Below, piece by piece: positions 38,760 to 48,874 of a DNA stretch of 64,000 nt. The stretch spans positions 164 to 64,163 of the forward strand of contig JACQUW010000216.1 in the NCBI GenBank assembly GCA_016210115.1. The letters run 5' to 3'. Source of the stretch: Deltaproteobacteria bacterium (lineage in GTDB: Bacteria; Desulfobacterota; Binatia; UBA9968). Both the position numbers and the translations under genes were made by a program. The notes beneath the pieces were generated by a model. That model saw only the letters and a list, made by a program, of their open reading frames with translations. It was not told where the DNA came from and ran no database searches. Position 1 is the first letter of the stretch; the number at the start of each line of letters is the position of its first letter.

Positions 38760-39341
38760 TTGGCGTTGGACGATCAGAAAAAGTGGGACGAAAGATATGC
38801 CCAGGGGCATGGGATCGACAGGCCCGCCGCGTTTCTCGAGCATATCTTTTTGGAGTTTTCCTGGTGCATCAAGCCGGGAAGAGCTCTCGATGTCGCCACC
38901 GGCAGAGGCCGGAACGCGCTTTTTCTAGCGCAAAGAGGTTTTGCCGTGGAAGCCTTGGATGTGTCCGTGACGGCGCTAAAAGAGGCCGCTAAAAGAGCAG
39001 ACGAGTTGGGCCTCAACATTGTTTTCAGACAAGCCGATCTTGATCACGTCGAACTTCCCCATGACGCATACGATCTCATCGTCAATTTCAATTTCCTGCA
39101 AAGATCGCTGATTCCAAAAATAAAAAACGCCGCCAGGCCCGGAGGATACGTCATTTTTGAGACTTATCTCATCGATCAGCGGCTTGTGGGGCACCCGAGG
39201 AACCCATCGTATCTTCTCGGCCACAACGAGCTTCTGGAGCTGTTTCGCGATTTCCGCATTCTCTACTACCGCGAGGGAAAATTTATTGAAGCGGGAAAGG
39301 AGGCCTACCGCGGAGGGCTATTCGGGCAAAAAGCGCCTTGA
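38760..39341 (+). CDS. Class I SAM-dependent methyltransferase (TehB-like)
   Basis: WDERY...ALDVATGRGRNALFLAQRGFAVEALDVS (motif I plus acidic loop). TTG start. Confidence 0.8.
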   Translation: MALDDQKKWDERYAQGHGIDRPAAFLEHIFLEFSWCIKPGRALDVATGRGRNALFLAQRGFAVEALDVSVTALKEAAKRADELGLNIVFRQADLDHVELPHDAYDLIVNFNFLQRSLIPKIKNAARPGGYVIFETYLIDQRLVGHPRNPSYLLGHNELLELFRDFRILYYREGKFIEAGKEAYRGGLFGQKAP

Positions 39342-39405
39342 GTTTAGGACCCTGACATAGTCCGCTTTACTCCGCTTGGCTTTGCCATTCGGCGACGCGA
39401 GAGTT

Positions 39406-42400
39406 CTATTTTCTTCTAAATTCCGCTGAGAAAGATCCATGCGGCGTTTCGCGCTGGGCGGTTTCGGATCCCCAGGTTTCCGCCGCCTCAGGCCGGTGAG
39501 TCGCGCCCGCAGGAACGAGAACGCGGCTCCCGCGCCAGGCGCGTAGCTTTTCCCGCAGAGATTCCAGATAGAGATAGACAACCGGAGTTATATACAGGGT
39601 TAACAGTTGAGAAACCAGCAATCCGCCAACAACAGCCAGACCCAACGGGCGGCGCGACTCGGCTCCGGCGCCATGGCCGAGAGCGATCGGCAGAGCTCCC
39701 ATAAGGGCAGCCATGGTCGTCATCATGATAGGGCGAAAGCGCACGAGACAACCCTCGTAGATTGCCTGAAACGGGCTCTTGCCCTGGTTCCTCTGGCCGT
39801 CGATCGCGAAGTCGATCATCATAATCGCGTTTTTCTTGACGATGCCGATCAGCATGATGATCCCGACAAAGCCGTAAATGTTGAGATCCATCTGGAAAAG
39901 CATCAGGACGAGCAAAGCGCCAAGGCCCGCCGAGGGAAGTCCCGAGAGGATGGTTAAAGGGTGAACAAAGCTCTCGTACAAAATTCCAAGAACCAGGTAG
40001 ACCACCAAGATTGCCATCGCCAGGAGGAGCCACATGCTCTGAAGCGAGGACTGAAATTGTTGCGCCGTGCCCTGAAACCCCGTCGTGATGGTCGCCGGCA
40101 GCGTCTCGCGCGCCAGTTCATTGACCGTATTGACGGCATCCCCTAGCGCAATCCCGGGCCGCAGATTGAAGGAGATCGTAACCGCGGGGAGCTGCCCGGA
40201 ATGGTTGACGGACATCGGACCCACGCCCTGTTTCAATTTTGCGACAGAATTGAGCGGAACCAACGCGTTCCCCGCCGTTAGTGCGGTCTGAGCAGTATTG
40301 GCGCCTGTGTTGGATCGGATGTAAAGCATCGACAGCACGGACGGATCGCTTTCATATTTCGGATCCAGTTCCATGATCACCTGATATTGGTTATTCGGCG
40401 TATTAATGGTCGAAATCTGGCGCGAGCCGTAAGCGCTGTAAAAGGCGTCCTGGATCTGGCGCTGTGAGATCCCCTGCTGGGTTATGCCCAAGGTTGCGGC
40501 TTTATCCCGATCAACCACGATTTCCAACTGGGGGTTCTTGAGCTGCAGGTCACTGTTAACATCCTGAAATTCAGGCCTGGCTTTGATTTTTTCCTCGAGC
40601 ATGGGAGCGTACTGGTAGAGTTCCTGGGCGTCAGGGCTTTGCAGCGTGAACTGATAAAGGCTTCTCGAAATACGGCCACCCACCCGGATCACTGGAGGGT
40701 TCTGCAAGGAGACGCGAACGCCGGGCACCGATGACAGTTTCGGCCTCAGTTGCTGGATCACTTCATCGGCGCTCAAAGAGCGCTCCGAGCGAGGTTTTAG
40801 CCGTATAAACATCCCACCCGAATTCGGGCCGGAGGCGACACCACCCACTCCCACGCTGGACCTGAAACCTTCCACGTTTGGGTCCTCTGCGACAATCGCC
40901 GCAAGCTTTTTCTGGAGCCGCACCATGTCGTTAAAAGAGGTGCCCTGGGCGGCTTCGCTGAAGATAATCACCTGGCCGGTGTCTTCGCTCGGCACAAAGC
41001 CCTTGGGAATCACCATAAAATAATGGACGGTCGCGGCCAGAAGGAGAAGCGAGGTCAGCAGGGTAGCGAACCGATGTCGCAGAACCCCTTGGAGGGTCCA
41101 GTCGTACGCCCTTAGCATCGAATCAAAGAACCGGCCTACAATGGTGTAAAGAAAACCGTGGCGCTCGGAATCGGCGGGGCGCAGGAAGCGGCTGCAAAGC
41201 ATCGGCGTTAGGCTCAACGAAACGAAGCCCGAGACCAAGATGGCGACGCAGATCGTAACCGCAAACTCCCGCAGCAGGCGGCCCAGCATTCCAGACATGA
41301 AAAGCACGGGAATGAAAGCGGCCACCAACGACAGGGTCATGGAGAGAATCGTAAAAGCGATTTCTCTGGCTCCTTTAACCGCGGCCTCGAAAACCTTTTC
41401 GCCTCTTTCGGCATGACGGACGATGTTTTCCAGCACGACAATGGCGTCATCGACCACAAAGCCGACGGAGAGAGTGAGCGCCATCAACGAAAGGTTGTTG
41501 AGGCTGTACCCCAGGAGATACATCACGGCAAAGGTGCCGATGATCGACATCGGGAGAGCCAGGCTCGGGATGATCGTGGCTGAAAGGTTGCGCAGAAAGA
41601 GAAAAATCACCAGCACGACGAGCGCTACGGTTAGAACCAGAGTAAACTGAACGTCCCAGACAGATTCGCGAATCGCCAGAGTTCGGTCGAATGAGACCTC
41701 CAGGTTCACCGAGGGCGGAATGTATTCGCGTAAGCTTGGAAGGATTTTTTGGACCGCATCGACGACCTCGATGACATTGGCGCCGGGCTGGCGCTGCACC
41801 GCTAAAACGACCGAGGGCTTATTGTTGTACCAGGCTGCGACCTTGTTGTTCTCAACGCTGTCGACGACCTTGCCGAGATCGCGCAACTGAACCGGAGAGC
41901 CGTTCCGGTAAGTAACGACCAGAGGGCGGTAGTCTTCCGCCTTCAGGAGCTGACCGTTGGACCTGAGCGTCAGAGAACGGCGCGGCCCGTCCAGCGTCCC
42001 CAAGGGGAGATCGACGTTTCCTCGCTGCACGGCATTAAGAACTTCGTCAATTCCGATCTGCCGGTAGGCGAGCGCCGTCGGATCGAGCTGAATCCGAACG
42101 GCGTACTTCTGGGAGCCAAAAACATCCACCTGGGCAACGCCGCTGACCATTGAAATTCTCTGAGCTAGGATATTCTCCGCGTATTCATTGACCGCGGAGA
42201 GGGGGAGAGTGTCCGAGCTTAAAGAAAGCTGAAGGATGGAGATGGCAGCGGGATTGACCTTCCGATAAGCGGGAGGGTTGGGCATATTCGTGGGAAGATC
42301 CCTCAGGGTCCTGGCGATCATCGCCTGGACATCTTGAGCGGCGGCATCGATGTTCCGGCTCAAATTGAATTGCAGCGTGATTTGCGTGCGGCCCAGGGTA

Positions 42401-42651
42401 CTTACGGAGTTCATGGAATCCAGGCCGGCGATCGTTGAGAACTGTTTTTCCAGCGGCGTTGCAACTGAAGAAGCCATGGTTTCAGGGCTTGCCCCAGGGA
42501 GATTGGCGGTCACGACGATTGTCGGGAAGTCGACCGTCGGCATGTCGCTCACGGAAAGCGATCGATATCCCATAATGCCGAAGATCAGAATGCCCATCAT
42601 GACAAGAGTCGTCATAACGGGCCGGTAGATAAAGGGGCCTGTGATGTTCAT
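39406..42651 (-). CDS. RND efflux pump inner-membrane permease (AcrB/MdtB-like)
   Basis: 1081 aa. N-terminus FIYRPVMTTLVMMGILIFGI, a 12-TM two-repeat architecture with large periplasmic loops, and VVDDAIVVLENI in TM4. Confidence 0.93.
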   Translation of the reverse strand: MNITGPFIYRPVMTTLVMMGILIFGIMGYRSLSVSDMPTVDFPTIVVTANLPGASPETMASSVATPLEKQFSTIAGLDSMNSVSTLGRTQITLQFNLSRNIDAAAQDVQAMIARTLRDLPTNMPNPPAYRKVNPAAISILQLSLSSDTLPLSAVNEYAENILAQRISMVSGVAQVDVFGSQKYAVRIQLDPTALAYRQIGIDEVLNAVQRGNVDLPLGTLDGPRRSLTLRSNGQLLKAEDYRPLVVTYRNGSPVQLRDLGKVVDSVENNKVAAWYNNKPSVVLAVQRQPGANVIEVVDAVQKILPSLREYIPPSVNLEVSFDRTLAIRESVWDVQFTLVLTVALVVLVIFLFLRNLSATIIPSLALPMSIIGTFAVMYLLGYSLNNLSLMALTLSVGFVVDDAIVVLENIVRHAERGEKVFEAAVKGAREIAFTILSMTLSLVAAFIPVLFMSGMLGRLLREFAVTICVAILVSGFVSLSLTPMLCSRFLRPADSERHGFLYTIVGRFFDSMLRAYDWTLQGVLRHRFATLLTSLLLLAATVHYFMVIPKGFVPSEDTGQVIIFSEAAQGTSFNDMVRLQKKLAAIVAEDPNVEGFRSSVGVGGVASGPNSGGMFIRLKPRSERSLSADEVIQQLRPKLSSVPGVRVSLQNPPVIRVGGRISRSLYQFTLQSPDAQELYQYAPMLEEKIKARPEFQDVNSDLQLKNPQLEIVVDRDKAATLGITQQGISQRQIQDAFYSAYGSRQISTINTPNNQYQVIMELDPKYESDPSVLSMLYIRSNTGANTAQTALTAGNALVPLNSVAKLKQGVGPMSVNHSGQLPAVTISFNLRPGIALGDAVNTVNELARETLPATITTGFQGTAQQFQSSLQSMWLLLAMAILVVYLVLGILYESFVHPLTILSGLPSAGLGALLVLMLFQMDLNIYGFVGIIMLIGIVKKNAIMMIDFAIDGQRNQGKSPFQAIYEGCLVRFRPIMMTTMAALMGALPIALGHGAGAESRRPLGLAVVGGLLVSQLLTLYITPVVYLYLESLREKLRAWRGSRVLVPAGATHRPEAAETWGSETAQRETPHGSFSAEFRRK

Positions 42652-43784
42652 GATTCGGCCTCGTTCTTCACTTGCACCTTGCTTCCCGGGCCCAGCAGAA
42701 ACTGTCCGTCTGTGACGACTTTTTCGCCGGGCCGGAGTCCCTTATCGACAACCGCCTCACCGTTAAGGGTTCGGTTGACTACAACCGCTCGCAGCTCAAC
42801 TGCCGAATCGCCCTTCAGTACAAAGACGTGCTGTCCGTCTTGGCCTGTCTGGACTGCCTGGGAGGGAACCACGACGGCGTTGGGTTGATCAGTCAGCTTC
42901 AACGCCGCCTTCACAAACTGCCCCGGCCACAGCCGCCTCTCCGAATTCGCGAAGGTGGCCTTGAGCTTGATCGTTCCCGTAGTCTTGTCCACTGTATTAT
43001 CGATAAAAGTGAGCGTACCCGCTTCTGAACGGCTTTCAATTTCCGGGATAATCGCTTCGACTTTGAGCGGCGTTTTGCTCGTGCGTTCCTTTATCTCCGG
43101 CAAATGCTGTTGGGGCACGGAAAAGGTGACATAGATCGGGGTGATCTGGTTAATGCCGACCAAAGCAACGGCGTCGTTGGTCCGGACCAGGTTGCCTTCA
43201 TTGACGAGCAGGCTTCCGGTCCGCCCGGTCAGAGGAGAATAGATCCGACAATAGCTCAGTTGGACTCTCGAGTTCTCGACCGCAGCCTTATCCGCTTCCA
43301 CAGTGGCCTCGAGAGCATCGGCGTTGGTCCGGATCTGGTCGTACTGTTCTTGGGAGACGTACTGTTTTTTCACCAGCTCCGCATAACGGCGCGCTTGCTG
43401 GCGGGCGTTTTCCAAGACGGCTGTGTTCTTTGCCAGGTTCGCTTCCGCCTGTTTAAGCGCAGCCTCAAAAGGCCGGGTATCAAGGGTGAAAAGCAGGTCC
43501 CCCTTGCTTACATCCTGGCCCTCCTTGAAGTGAACTTGCATGACCGTGCCCGTTATCTGGGACCTGATCGATACCGTCGAGTAAGCCTCCACAACTCCAA
43601 CCGCTTCCAGTTGGAGGGGCATGTTCTTTTGGGTGGCGCTGACCACTACGACAGGCACGGCCGCAGACCTTCGCGAGCGTGGTTCCGATTTCTTCTGAAC
43701 CCCAAGCGATAGTTGCCGGTAACCCAACGCGGCACCGCCAAGGACTAAAATCGCTGTGAGGGACATCCAGAAGTAGTGTTTCAT
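42648..43784 (-). CDS. RND efflux periplasmic adaptor (membrane fusion protein)
   Basis: 378 aa. Lipoyl/hairpin/beta-barrel pattern GQDVSKGDLLFTLD...coiled coil...SPLTGRTG...FVLKGDSAVELRAV. 4-nt overlap with the RND gene. SD AGGAGG. Confidence 0.9.
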   Translation of the reverse strand: MKHYFWMSLTAILVLGGAALGYRQLSLGVQKKSEPRSRRSAAVPVVVVSATQKNMPLQLEAVGVVEAYSTVSIRSQITGTVMQVHFKEGQDVSKGDLLFTLDTRPFEAALKQAEANLAKNTAVLENARQQARRYAELVKKQYVSQEQYDQIRTNADALEATVEADKAAVENSRVQLSYCRIYSPLTGRTGSLLVNEGNLVRTNDAVALVGINQITPIYVTFSVPQQHLPEIKERTSKTPLKVEAIIPEIESRSEAGTLTFIDNTVDKTTGTIKLKATFANSERRLWPGQFVKAALKLTDQPNAVVVPSQAVQTGQDGQHVFVLKGDSAVELRAVVVNRTLNGEAVVDKGLRPGEKVVTDGQFLLGPGSKVQVKNEAES

Positions 43785-43940
43785 AGGATTCGTCCTCCTG
43801 AGCCACGGGATAACGCCAGGTCAGCGGTCATTAACGAGAAGCGCTGTCGCCGGGGCCGTGAGGGTGTTGTCAGATTCGCCGGAGCCGCTGCGGGTAAGAT
43901 ATTCTTGCTATCGGTCATGGACGCGTGCCGAGTTACTTCA

Positions 43941-43969
43941 ATTCTACTCAAATTATTGGAGCATGTCGA
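43941..43969 (-). promoter_or_regulatory. Sigma-70-like promoter candidate for the MFP-RND operon (TCGACA-N17-TAGAAT on the minus strand)
   Basis: The reverse complement reads TCGACA tgctccaataatttgag TAGAAT, about 155 nt upstream of the MFP start. Confidence 0.35.
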
Positions 43970-44122
43970 TATTGCCCATTCTCGCTCGCCTTTGCGCGCG
44001 AGATTCACCTCGAAGAAACGCGCTGTCGGGGAAACTGCAGCCGGGCCACCTTTTACCTTCGAGGTTCAGGCCTCGGGTTTACAGGATGGCGGGGTTTTTC
44101 CTCGGGCCATGAACAATTCGAG

Positions 44123-44575
44123 CTAGCTGTCCAGCTCGGGCTTGGGGAGAATCGTGTAGGGAACGCCCTCTTCATCAAGGGCTTGTGTTTCTTCGGACGT
44201 CGAAGTGCCGTGGATGGGTCTCGCCTCGACTTCACCGTGGAAAATCTGCCGTGCTTCCTCGGCAAAGCGCGGCCCTACATTCTCAAAATTCTCCCGGACA
44301 TATTGGTGGAGACGGATCAGCATCTCTTTGGCCTCCGCCTCTGTCAAGACAGGTGGAACTGGCTTCTCGGGGGGGTTCGGCCTGCTTTTCTCCGGGGTTC
44401 TTTCCTCCCGTTTGACGTGAACGGCGCAGGCATGGGGTACTTTCTCAACTTTGGAAGTCCCGCAGACCGGGCACGAAATCTGGCCATTCCTCGCCTGTTT
44501 CTTGTAACCCTCGAAGCTCGGAAACCAACCTTCAAACTTGTGATTTTTCTTGCAGATGAGGTTGTAGACTACCAT
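44123..44575 (-). CDS. DUF1178 family protein
   Basis: N-terminus MVVYNLICKKNHKFEGWFPSFEGYKKQ...ISCPVCGT is the DUF1178 signature. Confidence 0.8.
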   Translation of the reverse strand: MVVYNLICKKNHKFEGWFPSFEGYKKQARNGQISCPVCGTSKVEKVPHACAVHVKREERTPEKSRPNPPEKPVPPVLTEAEAKEMLIRLHQYVRENFENVGPRFAEEARQIFHGEVEARPIHGTSTSEETQALDEEGVPYTILPKPELDS

Positions 44576-44858
44576 TGTTTATGGCCCCTAAGCAGCCGAA
44601 CTAATCTTTTAAGGAGGTTTGGCTTGATTGTCAACCGGTATGGAGAACGTTGCAAGAGCCCCGTCTTATAAGCAACCGTGCAAACTGAACCCACTGGGCC
44701 ACTTGAGGAGACGGCCTAGTCACACGCGGTCAGGCCTTTGACCTGTGCAGGCACTTAAGAGCCGCGAGCGGCTATTTATACACCGCATGAAAAGCCATGC
44801 TATGGATCAAGCGTTTGCAGGTGAGGAGTGTGGTGCTAGAATCTTTTGCGTGCCCGAG

Positions 44859-45998
44859 ATGAGATTGAGGACGCTTCGCAGGATTCGCGAGGTTTCAGCC
44901 GCCGACTGGGACCGACTGGTTCTGAGCCAGAGCTCGCCATTCATGAAATGGGAGTGGCTTCAAATGTTGGAAGAAACCGGGTGTGTCAATGAAAGAAAAG
45001 GTTGGTTGCCTCATCACATCGTCGTTGAGCGCGACGGAAATCTGGTCGCCGCTTGCCCCATGTACCTCAAACTTCACAGTATGGGCGAATTCGTATTCGA
45101 CTATGACTGGGCGGAATTCGCCCGCCAACTCGGAATCGAGTATTATCCCAAGATTATTGTAGGTGTACCTTTCACGCCCGTTACGGGAGCGCGGTTTCTG
45201 ACCGGCAATTCTGATAACAGACGGTCCTTGATTCAGTTGATGGGACAGGCCTTGAAGCGTATGGCCGACCAAAATAGGCTCTCCTCGGTCCATGTGAATT
45301 TTTGCCTGGAAGATGAGGCGGGGGCTTTAGAAGAGCTGGGCTTTTTTCCCAGGGCGGGCCTGCAATTTCATTGGCAGAATCGAAACTTTGATTCCTTTGA
45401 AGACTATCTTCGAGCTTTTAGGAGCGAGCGGCGCAACAAAATCAAGCGTGAGCGCCGCGAGTTGTTGAACCAGCGGATCGCAATCCGGGCGGTGGAAGGA
45501 GATCAGGTCACCCCGGAGGAATTGCGGGTCATGTTTCGACTCTATAAGAGGCATATCGACCAGCTCTATTATGGCCGCCAGTACCTTACCAGGGAATTCT
45601 TCGAGGGGTTGGGGGGTCGCTTCTCCCGACACATCTGTCTGTTGTTCGCCGAGCAGGACTCGCGCGTCATCGCCGGAACCTTTAACATTCAAGACGAAAA
45701 TGCTCTCTACGGCCGTTACTGGGGAGCTTTCAAGGACGAACGTTATCTGCACTTCAACGTCTGCTATTATTCCGCGATTGAGCACTGCATTCGTCGGGGT
45801 CTCAGTCGCTTTGAGGCCGGCGCGGGGGGAAGCTTTAAACAGTTTCGCGGGCTTGATCCCGAGCCGACCAGGAGTATGCATTACATTCGCGATGGGCGCT
45901 TCAGGCGAAGCGTGGAGCTTTATTTGCAGCAGGAGAGAGAGATCATCGCACAAAAGCGCATTGGGCTACTGCAAACCAGCCAATTGAAACAACCGTAA
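44859..45998 (+). CDS. DUF482 / FemAB-like GNAT-fold acyltransferase family protein
   Basis: From MRLRTLRRIREVSAADWDRL: SPFMKWEWLQMLEETGC, YLKLHSMGEFVFDYDWA, VPFTPVTG and FEAGAGG..K.FRGL. The ORF-track start at 44745 is probably too far upstream. Confidence 0.7.
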   Translation: MRLRTLRRIREVSAADWDRLVLSQSSPFMKWEWLQMLEETGCVNERKGWLPHHIVVERDGNLVAACPMYLKLHSMGEFVFDYDWAEFARQLGIEYYPKIIVGVPFTPVTGARFLTGNSDNRRSLIQLMGQALKRMADQNRLSSVHVNFCLEDEAGALEELGFFPRAGLQFHWQNRNFDSFEDYLRAFRSERRNKIKRERRELLNQRIAIRAVEGDQVTPEELRVMFRLYKRHIDQLYYGRQYLTREFFEGLGGRFSRHICLLFAEQDSRVIAGTFNIQDENALYGRYWGAFKDERYLHFNVCYYSAIEHCIRRGLSRFEAGAGGSFKQFRGLDPEPTRSMHYIRDGRFRRSVELYLQQEREIIAQKRIGLLQTSQLKQP

Positions 45999-46079
45999 AA
46001 ATAGCGGGATTCCCAGAGCGGCTGGCGGCTTTCACCGTCAACGGTCATCCTGGCAAATGATGAATATTTCCCCGCCGCG

Positions 46080-46109
46080 TTGGACAAAGCTCGCCGTCCC
46101 TTATATGAT
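46080..46109 (+). promoter_or_regulatory. Sigma-70-like promoter candidate for purMN (TTGGAC-N18-TATGAT)
   Basis: Read from the sequence, about 40 nt upstream of the purM TTG start. Confidence 0.3.
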
Positions 46110-46150
46110 CTGTAGCTTTAACAGAATCCCATAGCCGATATCCCAGAGCA

Positions 46151-47197
46151 TTGGCGCCTACCACAACAGAGACAACATACAAATCGGCCGGCGTGGATAT
46201 TTCCGCTGCCGATCGGCTCGTGCGGCAAATCCAGCCTCTTGCGCTCAAGACGGCGAGGCCCGGCCTGCTGGCAGGGGTCGGCGGCTTTAGCGGGCTTTTC
46301 GAGCTCAGCGCCAAGCACTACCGCCGGCCGGTTTTGGTCTCATCCACCGATGGTGTCGGGACCAAACTCAAAATTGCTTTCATGATGAATACCCATCACA
46401 CGGTCGGGATTGACTTGGTGGCCATGGGGGTTAACGATATTTTAACTCAAGCGGCCGAGCCGCTCTTTTTCCTCGATTATTTCGCCACGGGAAAGCTTGA
46501 GCCGAAAACGGCATTGAAGGTCATTTCGGGCATTGCTGAAGGCTGCAGGCTTGCGGCCTGCGCGCTGATCGGGGGCGAGACTGCAGAGATGCCAGCCTTC
46601 TACGGCGACGGGGAATACGATCTGGCGGGGTTTGCTGTCGGCGTTGTAGAGAGGAAAAGAATACCCAGGCCGCAGTTGATTGCCGCGGGAGATGTTTTGA
46701 TCGGTCTGCCTTCGAGCGGGCTTCACAGCAACGGCTACTCTCTGGCCCGAAAAGTTCTTCTAGAGGTCAAGGGCTTCAAATTAGGCCGGCGCATCCCGGA
46801 TCTGGGCCGCACGCTCGGAGAGGAATTGCTTGAGCCCACAAGAATTTATACCCGAGTGATGCAGCCCTTGCTCCGGCGTTGCTTTGTCAAGGGAATTGCC
46901 CACATCACGGGAGGGGGAGTGCCCGGGAATCTGCCGCGAATTCTGCCGGAAGGACGGCGGGCATGGATTGATCGGACCCGGTGGCCGGTCCCCCCTATTT
47001 TTGATCTCATTCAGAAATCCGGGAAAATATCTCGAGCGGAAATGGACCGAACTTTCAACAACGGTTTGGGAATGATCCTGGTTGTCGGACAGAGGGATGC
47101 GGACGCCGTGACCCGCACTCTGAAACGCATGGGTGAAAAATCTTTTATTATCGGGGAAATCAAGAAAGGAGAGCGAGGAGTCACGTTCGTCTCCTGA
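46151..47197 (+). CDS. purM: Phosphoribosylformylglycinamidine cyclo-ligase (AIR synthetase)
   Basis: YKSAGVDI, SSTDGVGTKLKIA, DLVAMGVNDIL, GGETAEMP and HSNGYSLARK. Confidence 0.95.
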   Translation: MAPTTTETTYKSAGVDISAADRLVRQIQPLALKTARPGLLAGVGGFSGLFELSAKHYRRPVLVSSTDGVGTKLKIAFMMNTHHTVGIDLVAMGVNDILTQAAEPLFFLDYFATGKLEPKTALKVISGIAEGCRLAACALIGGETAEMPAFYGDGEYDLAGFAVGVVERKRIPRPQLIAAGDVLIGLPSSGLHSNGYSLARKVLLEVKGFKLGRRIPDLGRTLGEELLEPTRIYTRVMQPLLRRCFVKGIAHITGGGVPGNLPRILPEGRRAWIDRTRWPVPPIFDLIQKSGKISRAEMDRTFNNGLGMILVVGQRDADAVTRTLKRMGEKSFIIGEIKKGERGVTFVS

Positions 47198-47209
47198 AGG
47201 AGTTCTGTT

Positions 47210-47872
47210 ATGGGACGGCAACTGGCTTTGGGTGTGTTGATTTCAGGCAGCGGGACGAATCTACAGGCCATCATCGACGCGATTGAAGGGAAAACCTTGG
47301 ACGCGGTCATTCGAGTGGTGATCAGCAACAGAGAGGATGCGTTGGGTCTCGCGCGCGCCAGGGAACGCAACATACCGATCGAAGTCCTCGACCATCGGAA
47401 GTTCGCCTCGAGGGAATCTTACGACCAGGCGTTGGTCGAAATACTTCAGAGCCGGGAAGTGGAGCTGGTGATCCTGGCCGGTTTCATGCGTCTTTTGTCT
47501 CCTGTCTTTGTAAAGGCTTTTACCAACCGCATCATGAACATTCACCCCGCGCTTCTTCCGTCATTCCCGGGTCTTCACGTGCAGAGGAAGGCTCTGGAGC
47601 ACGGGGTCCGTTTCTCAGGCTGCACCGTTCACTTCGTGAATGAGGAGTGTGATGAGGGGCCGATCATCATCCAGGCTGTGGTCCCTGTCTATCAGGATGA
47701 TACGGAGGAGTCTCTCTCGGCTAGAATCCTCCAGGAGGAACATCGCATCTACCCGAGAGCCATCCAGCTATACAGCGAGGGGCGGCTCCGTCTGGTGGGA
47801 CGCAGGGTCGTTGTCGATCATTTGGGCAATCAGGAAGATCAAGTTCTGATCCAGCCTCCTCTGAACGGATGA
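47210..47872 (+). CDS. purN: Phosphoribosylglycinamide formyltransferase
   Basis: LISGSGTNLQAIIDA, VILAGFMRLL, NIHPALLPSFPG and GCTVHFV. Confidence 0.93.
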   Translation: MGRQLALGVLISGSGTNLQAIIDAIEGKTLDAVIRVVISNREDALGLARARERNIPIEVLDHRKFASRESYDQALVEILQSREVELVILAGFMRLLSPVFVKAFTNRIMNIHPALLPSFPGLHVQRKALEHGVRFSGCTVHFVNEECDEGPIIIQAVVPVYQDDTEESLSARILQEEHRIYPRAIQLYSEGRLRLVGRRVVVDHLGNQEDQVLIQPPLNG

Positions 47873-47893
47873 AGAAAAGAAACTCTGCAGGTC

Positions 47894-48835
47894 ATGAAGC
47901 GGTCAACCGTGATTCTTTTAATGAAAGCTCTGGTGAGCCTGGGTTTGCTGTTTTTTCTTTTCTCCCGTATCGACGTTCCGGGATTTCTTCTCGTCCTCTC
48001 CTCAGCCCGTCTCTCTTACCTCATTATCGCGCTCGCGATCTATTTAGTGGGGCAGGTCATAAGCTCCGTAAGATGGGCCCTGCTGGCCCGGCCTTTGGGT
48101 TTTGATTATCCCATCAAGAACTTCACGCTTCTCTATATTATCGGGATGTTTTTTAATCTTTTCGCTCCAAGCACGATCGGCGGAGATGTCAGCCGGGTCT
48201 TCTACCTGGCGCGCGACGGGAAGGAGCAGGAAAAAAGCTGGAGAGAATCTACAGCGTTTGCGACGATCTCGGTGATTCTTGACCGCGCCGTAGGGATGGC
48301 TGTTATGGTCTGGATCGGGGCGGTCGCCTTGGCGATTTTTCCCGGTTACTCTCTCCCCCTGATGATCCGTTATCCAACCTTCGCAGTCGCGCTGGGATTT
48401 CTTGTGGGGTGGATCCTGCTCCCGTTTCTCCACCGGCTTTATCGGGGCCGAGATTCGGCTCTGGGCAGAAACTTGGGCCGCGTCGTGGAGTCTTACCGCA
48501 ATCACCGGATTGTCCTGATGCAGACGATCGGCCTATCGCTGTTCGTGCATTCCATTCAAGTCTGGATGCAGATCCTTTTAGGCCGGGCTCTGGGCGTCGA
48601 GATTCCTTGGTCTTATAGCTTCATTCTCTATCCTCTCGTAGGCTTGTTCAGCGCGCTCCCGATAACCCTAAACGGCATAGGCCTGCGGGAGGGCGGATAC
48701 CTATATTTGCTGCGGCAGATCGATGTCAGTCCGGAAAAGGCCATCGCTTTCGGCCTCCTTTGGTTTACCATTGTTGCCCTTGATAGCCTGATCGGCGGTG
48801 TGGCATTCGTATTGAGAAAAAAGATAAACCCCTGA
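47894..48835 (+). CDS. UPF0104 / LPG-synthase-TM (MprF flippase-domain-like) membrane protein
   Basis: 313 aa with about 8 TM helices. The motif FNLFAPSTIGGDVSRVFYLAR is typical of the TIGR00374/PF03706 family. Confidence 0.75.
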   Translation: MKRSTVILLMKALVSLGLLFFLFSRIDVPGFLLVLSSARLSYLIIALAIYLVGQVISSVRWALLARPLGFDYPIKNFTLLYIIGMFFNLFAPSTIGGDVSRVFYLARDGKEQEKSWRESTAFATISVILDRAVGMAVMVWIGAVALAIFPGYSLPLMIRYPTFAVALGFLVGWILLPFLHRLYRGRDSALGRNLGRVVESYRNHRIVLMQTIGLSLFVHSIQVWMQILLGRALGVEIPWSYSFILYPLVGLFSALPITLNGIGLREGGYLYLLRQIDVSPEKAIAFGLLWFTIVALDSLIGGVAFVLRKKINP

Positions 48836-48874
48836 TAAACGACTGCTAACGGAAATGAGAGGCTTGCGCTGCAT

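Noticed and set aside
43925-44671. 248-aa plus-strand ORF spanning the DUF1178 gene antisense and the RND upstream region
   Set aside because: It is antisense to a gene with a clear family signature, crosses a likely promoter region, and has no motifs.
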